DNA of 64,000 bases, from IMG/VR virus record IMGVR_UViG_3300028832_000109, positions 32,001 through 96,000 of that record; one strand, written 5' to 3'. Made by a program: the position numbers and the translations under genes. The notes beneath the pieces were generated by a model. The model was given only the letters and a program-made list of their open reading frames with translations. It did not search any database and was not told where the DNA came from. Within the stretch, counting starts at the first letter, position 1. Each line of letters begins with the position of its first letter. The stretch comes from a virus. Lineage: Duplodnaviria > Caudoviricetes. Positions 1 through 8,970 of this stretch are shown piece after piece.

Positions 1-110
1 TTCGGTATCGACTGGTCATGATATATCTTGAAGCACGCGGTCTCGGCGTCCCTTCCGATAATCTCATAAGCGGAGGTCTCCTTTATCAGCAAGGATACAT
101 TCTCCCCCAT
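1..110 (-). CDS. Hypothetical protein, 5' part only (runs off window)
   Basis: ATG at 110, open frame MGENVSLLIKETSAYEIIGRDAETACFKIYHDQSIP to window edge; promoter at 156-184 points at it. Confidence 0.55.
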   Translation of the reverse strand, partial: MGENVSLLIKETSAYEIIGRDAETACFKIYHDQSIP

Positions 111-155
111 GTCAACTTTTTTAGCCATCTGATAGTTCCACAGTTAATTACCAGT

Positions 156-184
156 AATATAACCACATATCAACAATTTGTCAA
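156..184 (-). promoter_or_regulatory. Sigma70-type (early) promoter TTGACA-17-TATATT
   Basis: Minus strand TTGACA (184-179), 17-nt spacer, TATATT (161-156) in AT-rich intergenic DNA. Confidence 0.75.
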
Positions 185-206
185 CATGTTTTTTACAAAA
201 ACTTAC

Positions 207-214
207 TATAAACT
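207..214 (+). promoter_or_regulatory. Putative late promoter TATAAACT
   Basis: Recurrent intergenic ATAAACT motif, 8 nt before ATG 223. Confidence 0.65.
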
Positions 215-222
215 GAAAAAAT

Positions 223-546
223 ATGGAAGAAAACCGTTCAGACTATACGCTCATGGCCAACCTGGACCAGGCGGCATTCGCGGAACTTGCCGGAAAGGCC
301 GCGAAACAGCTGTGCAAAAGGGTCCAGTCGGTAGCCATGCTCAACTACAGAGGCCCAGGCTATCTGTACCAGGACTTCGTGGTTACCATCCGCCAGGATT
401 CCAAGCGAAAGAAGCTGGAAGTTGTGCGCAACCGTGACGCGGTGGTAGTGCTCGCCGTGGACAACGGGCGCATGATAGCGGTAAACTACGAGTACATCTT
501 CGTCGAACGCCACCTGAATGACAAGGTAAGTACGGGCAATGGCTAA
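223..546 (+). CDS. Hypothetical protein
   Basis: 107-aa ORF behind ATAAACT motif, overlaps IF-1 start. Confidence 0.7.
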   Translation: MEENRSDYTLMANLDQAAFAELAGKAAKQLCKRVQSVAMLNYRGPGYLYQDFVVTIRQDSKRKKLEVVRNRDAVVVLAVDNGRMIAVNYEYIFVERHLNDKVSTGNG

Positions 547-757
547 GGAATGCGGAGTAGTAGTCGAGGGCACCGTGAAGGATGCCCGAGGTAGCGGATT
601 CTTCACCGTGGTGCTCGACAACGGTTTCGAGGTACTCGCTCGGCCTAACGGGAAAATGACCAAGAACACAATAAGGATTAACCCGGACGACAGGGTAAAG
701 GTGGAACTCGGCCCATACGACCCGACGCGAGGCCGAATAATCTTCAGATACAAATGA
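539..757 (+). CDS. infA: Translation initiation factor IF-1
   Basis: 72 aa; MAKE...EGTV...F.V.LDNG...GKM.KN.IRI...DRV.VEL.PYD.TRGRIIFRYK matches IF-1. Confidence 0.93.
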   Translation: MAKECGVVVEGTVKDARGSGFFTVVLDNGFEVLARPNGKMTKNTIRINPDDRVKVELGPYDPTRGRIIFRYK

Positions 758-761
758 CAGA

Positions 762-784
762 AAGGACCGGGCAAGCCGGTCCTT
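762..784. terminator. Hairpin terminator between convergent genes
   Basis: AAGGACCGG-gcaag-CCGGTCCTT 9-bp stem right after IF-1 stop. Confidence 0.65.
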
Positions 785-810
785 GTTGTATCGACGTCTG
801 CTATTGAAAA

Positions 811-1557
811 CTACTTGTCCGCGGGCTTCGCCTGAGCCTTCGGGGCAGGCTTCTTCGCGGCGGCCTTCCGGGTTGCCGTCTTCTTCGCAGGGGCCTTTTT
901 AACCGGGGCCTTCATCTCCTTCTTGACAGTTACCTTCGGTGCCGTGATTTTCGGCGCCGTTTCGGTCTTTCCCGGATTGCGCTTGGCCTTGGCCATCGCT
1001 TTCTTCAGGTCGGCCAGGTTCGCCCTGTATTTCGCCAGGGTGCGGTCGGACGATTCCGGCATGCCGGCGACCTTCAGGACATCGATGCGGCGTGCGATGC
1101 GCTGCTCATAGAACTTGACGAGTTCCTCGGCAGTGGCCGGCTTGCTGCGGGTGGCAGGCTTCTTGGGTTCGGCCGGGGTAGCATCATCGCGCTTCGTCAG
1201 TGGCTTGCCCTTGGCGCCCGGAAGCTGCACCGTCACGGTATCCTTCCCGACTTTCTCCTCGAACGAGACATCGGCCGTAATGGACACGGGAACGGAAACA
1301 TCGTAGGCGACTGACTGGTCACCAAGACCTGCTGGGGTTAGCCCGCCGAATACCGAGTCGACCGAAGGGTTTACCCCCACCGGTTCGTGCTGTTCAGCAG
1401 GAGCTTCGGTGTCCGGGGTTTCGACTTCTGGCGCATCAGCTTCCGCAGTATCGGCGAACGCCTTGTCGATTGCCGACTTGCGTCGTTTCGCGATTACGCA
1501 AAAACCGATGATGAACGCTATGACAATGACCGCCGAAATCACATATTCCAATGTCAT
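811..1557 (-). CDS. Membrane-anchored protein with histone H1-like Lys/Ala/Pro tail
   Basis: N-terminal hydrophobic helix YVISAVIVIAFIIGFCVIA followed by KRRK; C-term KKAPAKKTATRKAAAKKPAPK. Confidence 0.75.
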   Translation of the reverse strand: MTLEYVISAVIVIAFIIGFCVIAKRRKSAIDKAFADTAEADAPEVETPDTEAPAEQHEPVGVNPSVDSVFGGLTPAGLGDQSVAYDVSVPVSITADVSFEEKVGKDTVTVQLPGAKGKPLTKRDDATPAEPKKPATRSKPATAEELVKFYEQRIARRIDVLKVAGMPESSDRTLAKYRANLADLKKAMAKAKRNPGKTETAPKITAPKVTVKKEMKAPVKKAPAKKTATRKAAAKKPAPKAQAKPADK

Positions 1558-1607
1558 CGTATTCTCCTTATTTTGGACTGTTACCCGATGAAACTATTAC
1601 ATTCCGC

Positions 1608-1615
1608 TATAAACT
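1608..1615 (+). promoter_or_regulatory. Putative late promoter TATAAACT
   Basis: 7 nt before ATG 1623. Confidence 0.6.
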
Positions 1616-1622
1616 GGATGTT

Positions 1623-1844
1623 ATGGCGAAACAAAAGTCCAAAAAAGTCAAGACCCTCCCGGAAAATACCGTACCACAGGTAGAAGCCGTACCGGCAAAA
1701 GAACAGCCCGCCCGTCCGGCAGTCTCCGGCGAATCATCGGCCCCCGTGGTGCCGAAGAAGCGGGTACGAATACGCAAGAAGGCGACGAAGCATCTCTCCG
1801 TCGCCGTACTGTGCACGAACCCGATAACCCGGCGGTTCATCTAG
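1623..1844 (+). CDS. Small basic hypothetical protein
   Basis: MAKQKSKKVK... start chosen from the adjacent ATAAACT motif (ORF track start 1551). Confidence 0.55.
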   Translation: MAKQKSKKVKTLPENTVPQVEAVPAKEQPARPAVSGESSAPVVPKKRVRIRKKATKHLSVAVLCTNPITRRFI

Positions 1845-2440
1845 GTTGCCGGGTAGACCACCGGTTCAAGTCCTTCCTCGTCATCGTCATCGTCACTGCG
1901 TCCGCCCTCGTTATTGACGGGGGCGTTTCCTATCGTGAACGACTCGCATTCCTCGATTATGATATTGAATCTCTTCGGGAGCATCTTTCCCTTGCGTTCT
2001 TCCTTGATGCCGAAGTAGAGTTCCTGGATGTCGTTGTCCGAGTTCTCCCCATTTTTTATGAAGGACATGACCGCCTCTCGGCATCCCTTCTTGACGGAAA
2101 ACGCGATGTTAATGAGCTGCGCCTTGAAGCATGTTCCGGGCACGTTGGCCGGAATATTGTGGCCAAAATCGATGTCGACGAAGATGCCCTTGTCGGCCAG
2201 CGGAATGCTGATTTTCCACGGAACGTTCGCCGTCGGAATCTTCTCGTCAAAATTGGCGAGCTCCGGGATAATGCCGTACGACGCCCACCGGCCGAACGCA
2301 CCGGCGAATAAGTCTATTTCGCTGTCGTTGTCGTCCGGAATAGTCTTGATTTCAAACTTGCGCACCGAGGAGTTCTTCGGCCCGAACTTGGCCAACCCGC
2401 CCATGAAGTTGAGCTTCAGCATACCTTCTTTCGATTTCAT
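1841..2440 (-). CDS. Hypothetical protein
   Basis: 199-aa ORF, GGAG RBS, TTGCTATATTT motif upstream. Confidence 0.75.
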   Translation of the reverse strand: MKSKEGMLKLNFMGGLAKFGPKNSSVRKFEIKTIPDDNDSEIDLFAGAFGRWASYGIIPELANFDEKIPTANVPWKISIPLADKGIFVDIDFGHNIPANVPGTCFKAQLINIAFSVKKGCREAVMSFIKNGENSDNDIQELYFGIKEERKGKMLPKRFNIIIEECESFTIGNAPVNNEGGRSDDDDDEEGLEPVVYPAT

Positions 2441-2471
2441 AGAAATGCTCCATAGTTTAAAGGTCCGTCAC

Positions 2472-2492
2472 AAATATAGCAAACAATAAACT
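2472..2492. promoter_or_regulatory. Divergent promoter pair: TTGCTATATTT (-, 2472-2482) and ATAAACT (+, 2486-2492)
   Basis: Both recurrent motifs back to back, each pointing to a start codon. Confidence 0.65.
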
Positions 2493-2511
2493 ACACGAAC
2501 GAGGACCAATC

Positions 2512-3081
2512 ATGAAAAACACACTTCTTCGCTTTACCCGCCAACTTACCCAGTACAGCCCGCTCCTCCGCCAGAGGGTGGAAAACATTTACAGCAAGAT
2601 ATTCGAGGGAATAGGAACCAACGCCGCCCTCAGCAACCTACGGGACAAGGTCGGGGACAATTCCCTTGAAACGGAAGGCGACGGGGTGTTCGGCCTCAGC
2701 GGTGCCGCCGGGTTCAAAGACTCCCCGACACCGGAAGCATCACTGGACAAGGCCATCGACGACGGAATCGAGTCCGGGAACCTGGAACAGTTCGGTACCG
2801 CCATCCCGACCGAGTCGCTACCGACGGAAGAGGACTTCGGCCTCGGCGCCGACCCCATGGAAACCACGGGCGACCCGCTTGCTGACCTGTTCGGCGACGA
2901 CAGCGGTTCGGCGAGCGACCTTGGCCTAGACGGCCTGGATGATGAGTTCCCGGAAGAGGAACCCGATATTGCGCCCGAACCCGAGTTGGCAACGGACGAC
3001 AAGCCGGTAGATTCGCCGGAAGGCGGAGTTGCTCCGGAAGACGGGATTGCGCCCGCGGGTGACGATGAACTGCCAGTCTAA
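2512..3081 (+). CDS. Acidic late protein, putative head-associated protein
   Basis: 189 aa, D/E-rich; N-terminal leader ending IFE-G similar to that of 33362. Confidence 0.7.
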   Translation: MKNTLLRFTRQLTQYSPLLRQRVENIYSKIFEGIGTNAALSNLRDKVGDNSLETEGDGVFGLSGAAGFKDSPTPEASLDKAIDDGIESGNLEQFGTAIPTESLPTEEDFGLGADPMETTGDPLADLFGDDSGSASDLGLDGLDDEFPEEEPDIAPEPELATDDKPVDSPEGGVAPEDGIAPAGDDELPV

Positions 3082-3100
3082 GTACGGGACATGTTGAAAC

Positions 3101-3127
3101 AAAAGAGCCGGCTTCCGCCGGCTTTTT
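3101..3127. terminator. Bidirectional intrinsic terminator
   Basis: AAAAG-AGCCGGC-ttcc-GCCGGCT-TTTT between convergent genes. Confidence 0.75.
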
Positions 3128-4234
3128 CTAGTTCGGTGTGATTGTGGCGTTGATTTTGGAACGCCGGCGCTTGTCCTCGCGCCTCTCGGCCTTCGCCACG
3201 TCCCGCGCGAGTCTTTCGGATTCCTTCTCGCGAATTCGGAGCTTTTTGAGGACGGTCTTGCGCACTTCCTTGTTGTATTCGCGGCGTTCGTCGGAGACGT
3301 TACCCTCGCGGACGAACTTGTCGATGTCGCCAATTATACGGCCGACCTTAATCTCTTCGTCGTTCAAGGTATTCAACGCGGTCAACCTGGCAGTCGACTG
3401 TTCACGGATGTGCTTCACCTTCTTGTCTATCTTGTCCCATACGCCGTATAGCGAGGCGTAATCGTCGGTGATATATTTCAGCAGGCCCTGCGCCGACATC
3501 GGAGACTGGTTAACGTTACCTTCCGGGATGTGGCGGTCGGCTTTCCATGCCTTGCCCTCGACGTATACCGGGACTATCTTAAACCGACCGTCCGCACCTA
3601 TCTGCACCAGTGTCATGTGTTCGGCATTGGCCGCCCAGGCTATGCACTTGCGACGGTTCACTCCGTTGTCATCGAAACCGAGACTGACGGTTTCCGGGCA
3701 TTGGAACACCACTCCCCAATAATACCCGGTAGTATCCTTCGGCTTGACTTCGCCTAGCTTGGAAACGTAGATGTATCCGTTACGGCGGCCACCGACTTCC
3801 TCGGACTTCGAATCGGTAGAAATTTTCCAAAACGCGTTAAGGTTCGGTGCCCCATGGTACACCTGCTCGGTCACAATCTGACGGGCTTCGACCTCCGACT
3901 GCATCATGTCGATGTACCAGCAGGCGTCATCTTCCTGGATAGGATTGTTGGTATGGTAGAAAAGGTTGAGAGTACCGTTCACGAATTCCAGCCAGTCCTT
4001 GTCGGTATCATTCTGGAAATCGTACTTGTTGAACCACTCCTCGTACTTCTCCTGGGCCTCGGTAGGCAGCTCGACAACGCGGAACATGTTCCGGAACTGG
4101 TACGGCGTATAGCCGCACTCGCCGCACTTCTTCATTATCCAGAAATCCAGGATAATGTCCTTGTGCGACTTCCATGTGATTCCGTCGTTGATATAGTTGA
4201 AGAGGCGGATGCCTGCAATTTTACGAGCTTTCAT
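3128..4234 (-). CDS. Hypothetical late protein (possible ART-like YHG motif, coiled-coil C-terminus)
   Basis: Long ORF, likely start MKARK at 4234 downstream of ATAAACT at 4258-4264. Confidence 0.7.
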   Translation of the reverse strand: MKARKIAGIRLFNYINDGITWKSHKDIILDFWIMKKCGECGYTPYQFRNMFRVVELPTEAQEKYEEWFNKYDFQNDTDKDWLEFVNGTLNLFYHTNNPIQEDDACWYIDMMQSEVEARQIVTEQVYHGAPNLNAFWKISTDSKSEEVGGRRNGYIYVSKLGEVKPKDTTGYYWGVVFQCPETVSLGFDDNGVNRRKCIAWAANAEHMTLVQIGADGRFKIVPVYVEGKAWKADRHIPEGNVNQSPMSAQGLLKYITDDYASLYGVWDKIDKKVKHIREQSTARLTALNTLNDEEIKVGRIIGDIDKFVREGNVSDERREYNKEVRKTVLKKLRIREKESERLARDVAKAERREDKRRRSKINATITPN

Positions 4235-4257
4235 GTGGATATCCCAGTGACAACCCA

Positions 4258-4297
4258 AGTTTATCGAGTAACCCCCGGGCTCGCGAGGATATAAACT
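4258..4297. promoter_or_regulatory. Divergent pair of ATAAACT late promoters (4258-4264 -, 4291-4297 +)
   Basis: AGTTTAT ... ATAAACT between divergent genes. Confidence 0.7.
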
Positions 4298-4327
4298 GCA
4301 ATCAAACTAGTACGAAAGGAACCTCTC

Positions 4328-5287
4328 ATGGACCGTTCAAAATGGATGAACTTCGATATGCCGAACGAAGAAGAGCTCGGGCAAATCATTCTCGAAGCAC
4401 AAAAGAAGGAAAAGGACAAGTCCGGTAATCTCGACCCGGAGACCTTCTTCCCATTCTGGTCCCCTAATGGACCCCAGTCTGCCGTGAAGCTCAGCGACAA
4501 GAGTGGAACGGTCAAGCCAAAGGTGGACTTTAATCCGGCCGAAACCCGCATAGACAAGGTGTGGGAAGACTTCCTCGGAAACAAGAAGGCAAAGGATAAG
4601 AAGAATGCCAAGCCGGTCACCGAAGTCGACAACTTCGGTAGCGTTGTGCTGGATTCGTTTGCGCAAAAGCCCGAGCCTAGCAAGCTGGTCGGTTCCATCA
4701 AGGCCCTCAAGCGGGTCGCTACGAAGGAAATCAGCGGAATGGCTCACAGCAAGACCGAAGTCCTCGGCGTGCCCACGTTCGTCGAAGTTTCCAAGGCCGC
4801 TAACCCATCCAAGAATTCTCTCGTCGGAATCGTAAAGCCGAAAGAATCCATGGGCAAGCAGAACATGCCTGACATGTTCAAGGGCGGGAAGCCAAAAGTC
4901 AACGACGTGAGCGGCGCTACCACGACTGTCGTCCACAGCTACGACGCGAAACTCAAGGCAACGCCGAACAACGTCGAAATCAAGAGCGATGCTGCAAAGC
5001 CAGGTTCCGGAGACCATACCGGTATCGTGAAGCCGAAGGCATCCATGGGCACGCAGAAGCTGCCCGGGATTTTCAACGTCACCAAGCCGAAGGTGAACGA
5101 CGTCAGCGGTACGGTCACGACGATTAAGAGCTTCGGCGGCACCATCAAAGCCACGCCGAACAACGTCACCGTGCAATCCAACGCCGCCAAACCGGGTAAG
5201 GGAGACCATACCGGCATCGTCAGTCCGAAATCCGCAATGAAGGAAGGGAAGAAAGTCTTTACCCCGATTGACGGATTCAAGGGGTAG
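4328..5287 (+). CDS. Lys-rich late protein with internal ~64-aa repeats
   Basis: 319 aa; AAGGA RBS; repeated GIVKPK..MG...KPKVNDVSG...KATPNNV...AAKPG.GDHT. Confidence 0.75.
   Translation: MDRSKWMNFDMPNEEELGQIILEAQKKEKDKSGNLDPETFFPFWSPNGPQSAVKLSDKSGTVKPKVDFNPAETRIDKVWEDFLGNKKAKDKKNAKPVTEVDNFGSVVLDSFAQKPEPSKLVGSIKALKRVATKEISGMAHSKTEVLGVPTFVEVSKAANPSKNSLVGIVKPKESMGKQNMPDMFKGGKPKVNDVSGATTTVVHSYDAKLKATPNNVEIKSDAAKPGSGDHTGIVKPKASMGTQKLPGIFNVTKPKVNDVSGTVTTIKSFGGTIKATPNNVTVQSNAAKPGKGDHTGIVSPKSAMKEGKKVFTPIDGFKG
4826..5230 (+). repeat. Two full plus one partial ~64-65-aa intragenic repeats
   Basis: GIV codons at 4826, 5021, 5213 (spacing 195 and 192 nt). Confidence 0.8.
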
Positions 5288-5290
5288 CCG

Positions 5291-5992
5291 ATGGCTACAC
5301 TGGATACAACGCGAGAAAGACCCCGCATAATGCGGAAAGCCCCGGTGCCAGTGCACCAGGGCTTCTGGCGTTGTACAATAGGCCCACTTCCAGTGTCATG
5401 GTACGACGCGGCGCACGACGCGGTGGATACGGCTATCCCGCATACCGCCCCGGTGCCGGAAATGGTAAACGCCCTCATCAAGACCTACATCTGCAACGGT
5501 CTTACCCAATCGTTCGAGAAGGAAGGGCATTACAAGTTTGTCACCCGCATTCCTACCCAGGAAGACAACCAATACGACGGTGCCCTCACCATAACCATGC
5601 TGACCGACCAAGGATACGAGAACTGGTGGGCGATTCACAGATACATGGATACCGTCATGAGCGGCGTAACCGGCGGTGTCCCCATATCGGACACCCGGAG
5701 CCGGGTATTCGGTCTCGATGGCAGGTACCGCAACCGTCTTACATACATTCCGTATATCGACATCCACTGCGCGGATGACAACTCGCAGGAAAGGATGATA
5801 GTCCGATACCGCAGATGCAGGATAACTAATCTAAGCGACATGCAGCCCAACCCGGGCTCGGTCGACCCCGTGCCTTTCAACCTTACCGTACTGTACGAGC
5901 TCAAGGACATAATACGTCTTCCCGACCCGAACAGCTACATGCGGGCGATATGCGTTAGTACGAGTACCAACGCATATAACGACAGAGGATAA
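5291..5992 (+). CDS. Tail completion/tube terminator-like protein (T4 gp3-like)
   Basis: YDGALTITMLTDQGYENWWAIHRYM and DDNS...RCRITNLSDM...FNLTVLYE resemble tube-fold gp3. Confidence 0.55.
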   Translation: MATLDTTRERPRIMRKAPVPVHQGFWRCTIGPLPVSWYDAAHDAVDTAIPHTAPVPEMVNALIKTYICNGLTQSFEKEGHYKFVTRIPTQEDNQYDGALTITMLTDQGYENWWAIHRYMDTVMSGVTGGVPISDTRSRVFGLDGRYRNRLTYIPYIDIHCADDNSQERMIVRYRRCRITNLSDMQPNPGSVDPVPFNLTVLYELKDIIRLPDPNSYMRAICVSTSTNAYNDRG

Positions 5993-7137
5993 TGACGATG
6001 GCAACAACGCAGGCGAACAACGTAATCCGCGCCGATGCCGACTGGCGCAGCGGGGCTCGCGCCGAGAACATGATGGGCTCGGCGTATTACTCTACGTCCG
6101 CCGCGTCGGGCCAGCACATCGGCCTGCTCGACTACTATATGCCTCGCTTTTATGCCATGGCCCGTGGCCACGTAATCAACAAGTACCATGTTGGGCTATA
6201 CGGGCCATACGTTGACGAGGCCCTTCGCATAATGGACCAGAACTCGTTCGCCGACAAGTATGACCTCGGACGGCACAAGTATTTCCCGGACAGCGGTGAC
6301 AATTTCCGCAAGACCCTGTTCGACCAGTGGCTCGAAATGTGCTACGAGGAACGCAGTGGGGTCCTCAACATGTACTGGGCAGCCAAGTCCATTACCATCA
6401 ATTCGCCCACGGCGGAAACAAAGATGGTGATGATGGACAGCACGAAACAAATCCAATATCCCGTAGTCACCGGTATACGGAGCGACAACACGATGACCAT
6501 CGAGGTTGTCGACGACCCGTACCTGATGTGGTACAACTTCTTCAACGCGCTCTTTAATGTGCAGTTCTCCCCCCTGCTCCTGAAACCGAGGAGCACTCTC
6601 CAGAAGATGAACGTGATGGTCGAACTGCTGACCGAAGGCCTGACTGTAGGCAACTCGATGAAAACCATGGATGAGCGCGAGGCGGGGAACCCCTGTATGA
6701 CCGACCTAGTAATCGGCCAGATGTTCGAATTCAACTCCTGCATAAGCCTGCAGGCCCCCTCCATACAGCCGCGGGCGGAAAGCCCGGCACCGTACACGTT
6801 CCAGGTCCAGCTGAAATACCCGAACGCGTTCCAGGGAACCTTCAAGGACCAGATGCGCTACCTTCGCGACAACACCACTCGCGGAATCGACCCTTCGAAG
6901 CGCCTAGAATACGGGGAGACCGCGTGCCAGCCGACACTACACCAGGTAAACTGGAGCCCGTACGGAGACTACAACCTCGAGTTCTTCGAGAGGGACTATG
7001 GCACGTGGCGCGGCGAATACAACGACGCCACCTACGAAGCGTTCCAGCCGAACGTATACAAGCAGTACGCCGCAACGGGACAGGCGGCTTTCAAGGACAC
7101 CAACTACAAGTACGACATGCACGGCAGGCGCCGCTAA
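5992..7137 (+). CDS. Tail tube-fold protein (gp54-like initiator)
   Basis: TMTIEVVDDPYLMWYNFFNAL...FEFNSC...FQVQLKY tube-protein pattern; coupled to gp3-like gene. Confidence 0.45.
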   Translation: MTMATTQANNVIRADADWRSGARAENMMGSAYYSTSAASGQHIGLLDYYMPRFYAMARGHVINKYHVGLYGPYVDEALRIMDQNSFADKYDLGRHKYFPDSGDNFRKTLFDQWLEMCYEERSGVLNMYWAAKSITINSPTAETKMVMMDSTKQIQYPVVTGIRSDNTMTIEVVDDPYLMWYNFFNALFNVQFSPLLLKPRSTLQKMNVMVELLTEGLTVGNSMKTMDEREAGNPCMTDLVIGQMFEFNSCISLQAPSIQPRAESPAPYTFQVQLKYPNAFQGTFKDQMRYLRDNTTRGIDPSKRLEYGETACQPTLHQVNWSPYGDYNLEFFERDYGTWRGEYNDATYEAFQPNVYKQYAATGQAAFKDTNYKYDMHGRRR

Positions 7138-7907
7138 GGCGTTATGTCGTCTATGGAAAGAGGATGCGCCATGAGATAGCGGCGCAGGTACGAGACTTCG
7201 CTGTCAAGAATTTCGGTGAATCCTTTCCCGTATTCCGGAAGAGGCCTAGGGTGGTCCATGTGCTTCACCGCATTGGCGCCCCGGGGCAGGTATGCCATCG
7301 GAACGCGATACGACCACGCCAGGTATCCCAGGTAGGCATCCTCGCCACCCCAGTGGCCGTCGAATGCCGGATTGAACAGGCGGTTGGCCTTGCGGACGGA
7401 AAGCATCGCGCGGCGCAGTAACCTGACGGCCGGCATGTTGAGACCGAGGTTGCATGACCACGTCGCGAGGCACTTGGTTACCCAGGCCGCGTTCTGTATT
7501 ACAGTACCGCGCGGCGAGAACATGTTCCACTGGCCGGCCTCGCCAATTTCCCTTGGGTCCTTCCACCCTAGCCCGCGTTCCAGCCTGCGGCCAATAGAAA
7601 CGACAGGAATCGAACGGAAAAGGGCAGACTCGTGGTCCTTTACCAGGTCATCCTGCGGGATGCAGTCCTCGTCGATGAAGAGCACGCCGTCGGCGAACCC
7701 ATACTTGTCGAGCACGTAGTCGATGCCAGCGTCCCGGGCGTAACCTGCCATGAACCCGTCGCCCTGCGCCACATCCACGTAGTCGTCAACCCCGTCGCAC
7801 TCGACCTTGCACCGGTCGCGCACCACGACGACGGTGGCATCGCCAAGTTTAGAGACGACCTCCTGCAGATGGTCGCCCCTGCGGCAGGGGATTATTGCAA
7901 CCAGCAT
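7134..7907 (-). CDS. Glycosyltransferase family 2 (GT-A)
   Basis: VAIIP, VVVRD, AGYARDAG, FIDEDCIP (DxD), WSCNLGL, WGGED, HMDH. Confidence 0.85.
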   Translation of the reverse strand: MLVAIIPCRRGDHLQEVVSKLGDATVVVVRDRCKVECDGVDDYVDVAQGDGFMAGYARDAGIDYVLDKYGFADGVLFIDEDCIPQDDLVKDHESALFRSIPVVSIGRRLERGLGWKDPREIGEAGQWNMFSPRGTVIQNAAWVTKCLATWSCNLGLNMPAVRLLRRAMLSVRKANRLFNPAFDGHWGGEDAYLGYLAWSYRVPMAYLPRGANAVKHMDHPRPLPEYGKGFTEILDSEVSYLRRYLMAHPLSIDDITP

Positions 7908-7908
7908 A

Positions 7909-8970
7909 TCATGCCTTGATTAGGCTTTCGACACGCTGCCTAAGGTCAAGGACCTTGTCGCCGTAGTGGGATATCAGGTCGCAATACTGGCTATGCAGCT
8001 TGATGTTCGTCTTGGTGGAGGGGATTTCCGACACGAACGTGTCGTACAGCGTGTTGACCGGCTCGGCCATGAACTTCCGGCATTCCCCGTCGAACGTTGT
8101 GACCGCCCAGCATGAATTTAACGGAGTGTAGTATATGCCTTCCCTCGCGTAACGTATTTCCGGAGGCATCTTCTCCTTGACGCACCACATCCGGGTACGG
8201 TCGAACTTGCCGGCGATGTAATCCAGGTACTGGTCTACACGGTTGTCCATCACGATTACCTTTCCCGGAATCGTACGGTCGGTTATGTACTTCCTGGCAG
8301 TCTCCCGCGTGATAGGGGTGACTGTGACGTTGAACATGTTCGTCAAGGCGGCACATATCTCGTGATAAGTGCGGTTCGGGCGGTAGTAGTATTCGTTGTA
8401 CGAGTCGTTGCAGAGCTCCTCGAGGGGGAACTCGTAGTCGAACCCGTGCATGGTGAGGTGCGAGAGCTGCGTTCCGCGCCACCGGGTCGTCTGCATCGCC
8501 TTGCAGAACGTATCGGCAAACTTCTGCGGCATCATTGCCTTGAATACGCTCACCAGCTTCGACGGAGGATTGGTCTTGTCCATGACGACGGCCTGTATCT
8601 CCGGCTTCTTGAACGCCTCCACGCACTCCTTCCATTCGGCATCGTCACAGAACGACTTCTTGCTGAGCGGGTACTGGATGACACCGTTGGTCGTGTTCTT
8701 GATTGCCACCTTGTCGAAGGGCATGTAGAAGAACCTTGGGTTCGGGTATTCCCTAAAAGTGAGCTCCCCCGCCTCGATGAGCCCGTGCATCAGGGTCTCG
8801 AGCACAGCCTTGTACCTTGAGGAAATGAGGTCGCCGTAGTCATCCAATGGCTGCGCGACCTTCGGGCCAGCCGTGACAAGCAGTTCCACGTCGTTCCCCT
8901 GCGTGGCCAGGCTCACCGCCTCCATGACGGCATCCATAGTATATCCGATGATGTAAACCTTGTCGCTCAT
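7909..8970 (-). CDS. Divergent UDP-galactopyranose mutase (Glf)-like protein
   Basis: KVYIIG...SLATQGNDVELL; QYPLS; RVDQYLDYIAGKFD; EIPS..NIKLHSQY follow Glf layout but GxGxxG is missing; ATGA overlap with thioredoxin-like stop. Confidence 0.5.
   Translation of the reverse strand: MSDKVYIIGYTMDAVMEAVSLATQGNDVELLVTAGPKVAQPLDDYGDLISSRYKAVLETLMHGLIEAGELTFREYPNPRFFYMPFDKVAIKNTTNGVIQYPLSKKSFCDDAEWKECVEAFKKPEIQAVVMDKTNPPSKLVSVFKAMMPQKFADTFCKAMQTTRWRGTQLSHLTMHGFDYEFPLEELCNDSYNEYYYRPNRTYHEICAALTNMFNVTVTPITRETARKYITDRTIPGKVIVMDNRVDQYLDYIAGKFDRTRMWCVKEKMPPEIRYAREGIYYTPLNSCWAVTTFDGECRKFMAEPVNTLYDTFVSEIPSTKTNIKLHSQYCDLISHYGDKVLDLRQRVESLIKA

Noticed and set aside
4258-4297. AGTTTAT...ATAAACT inverted repeats as operator or IS ends (also 30494-30547, 38683-38706)
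   Set aside because: Spacing varies (26, 40, 10 nt) and each half occurs alone elsewhere; better explained as divergent promoters
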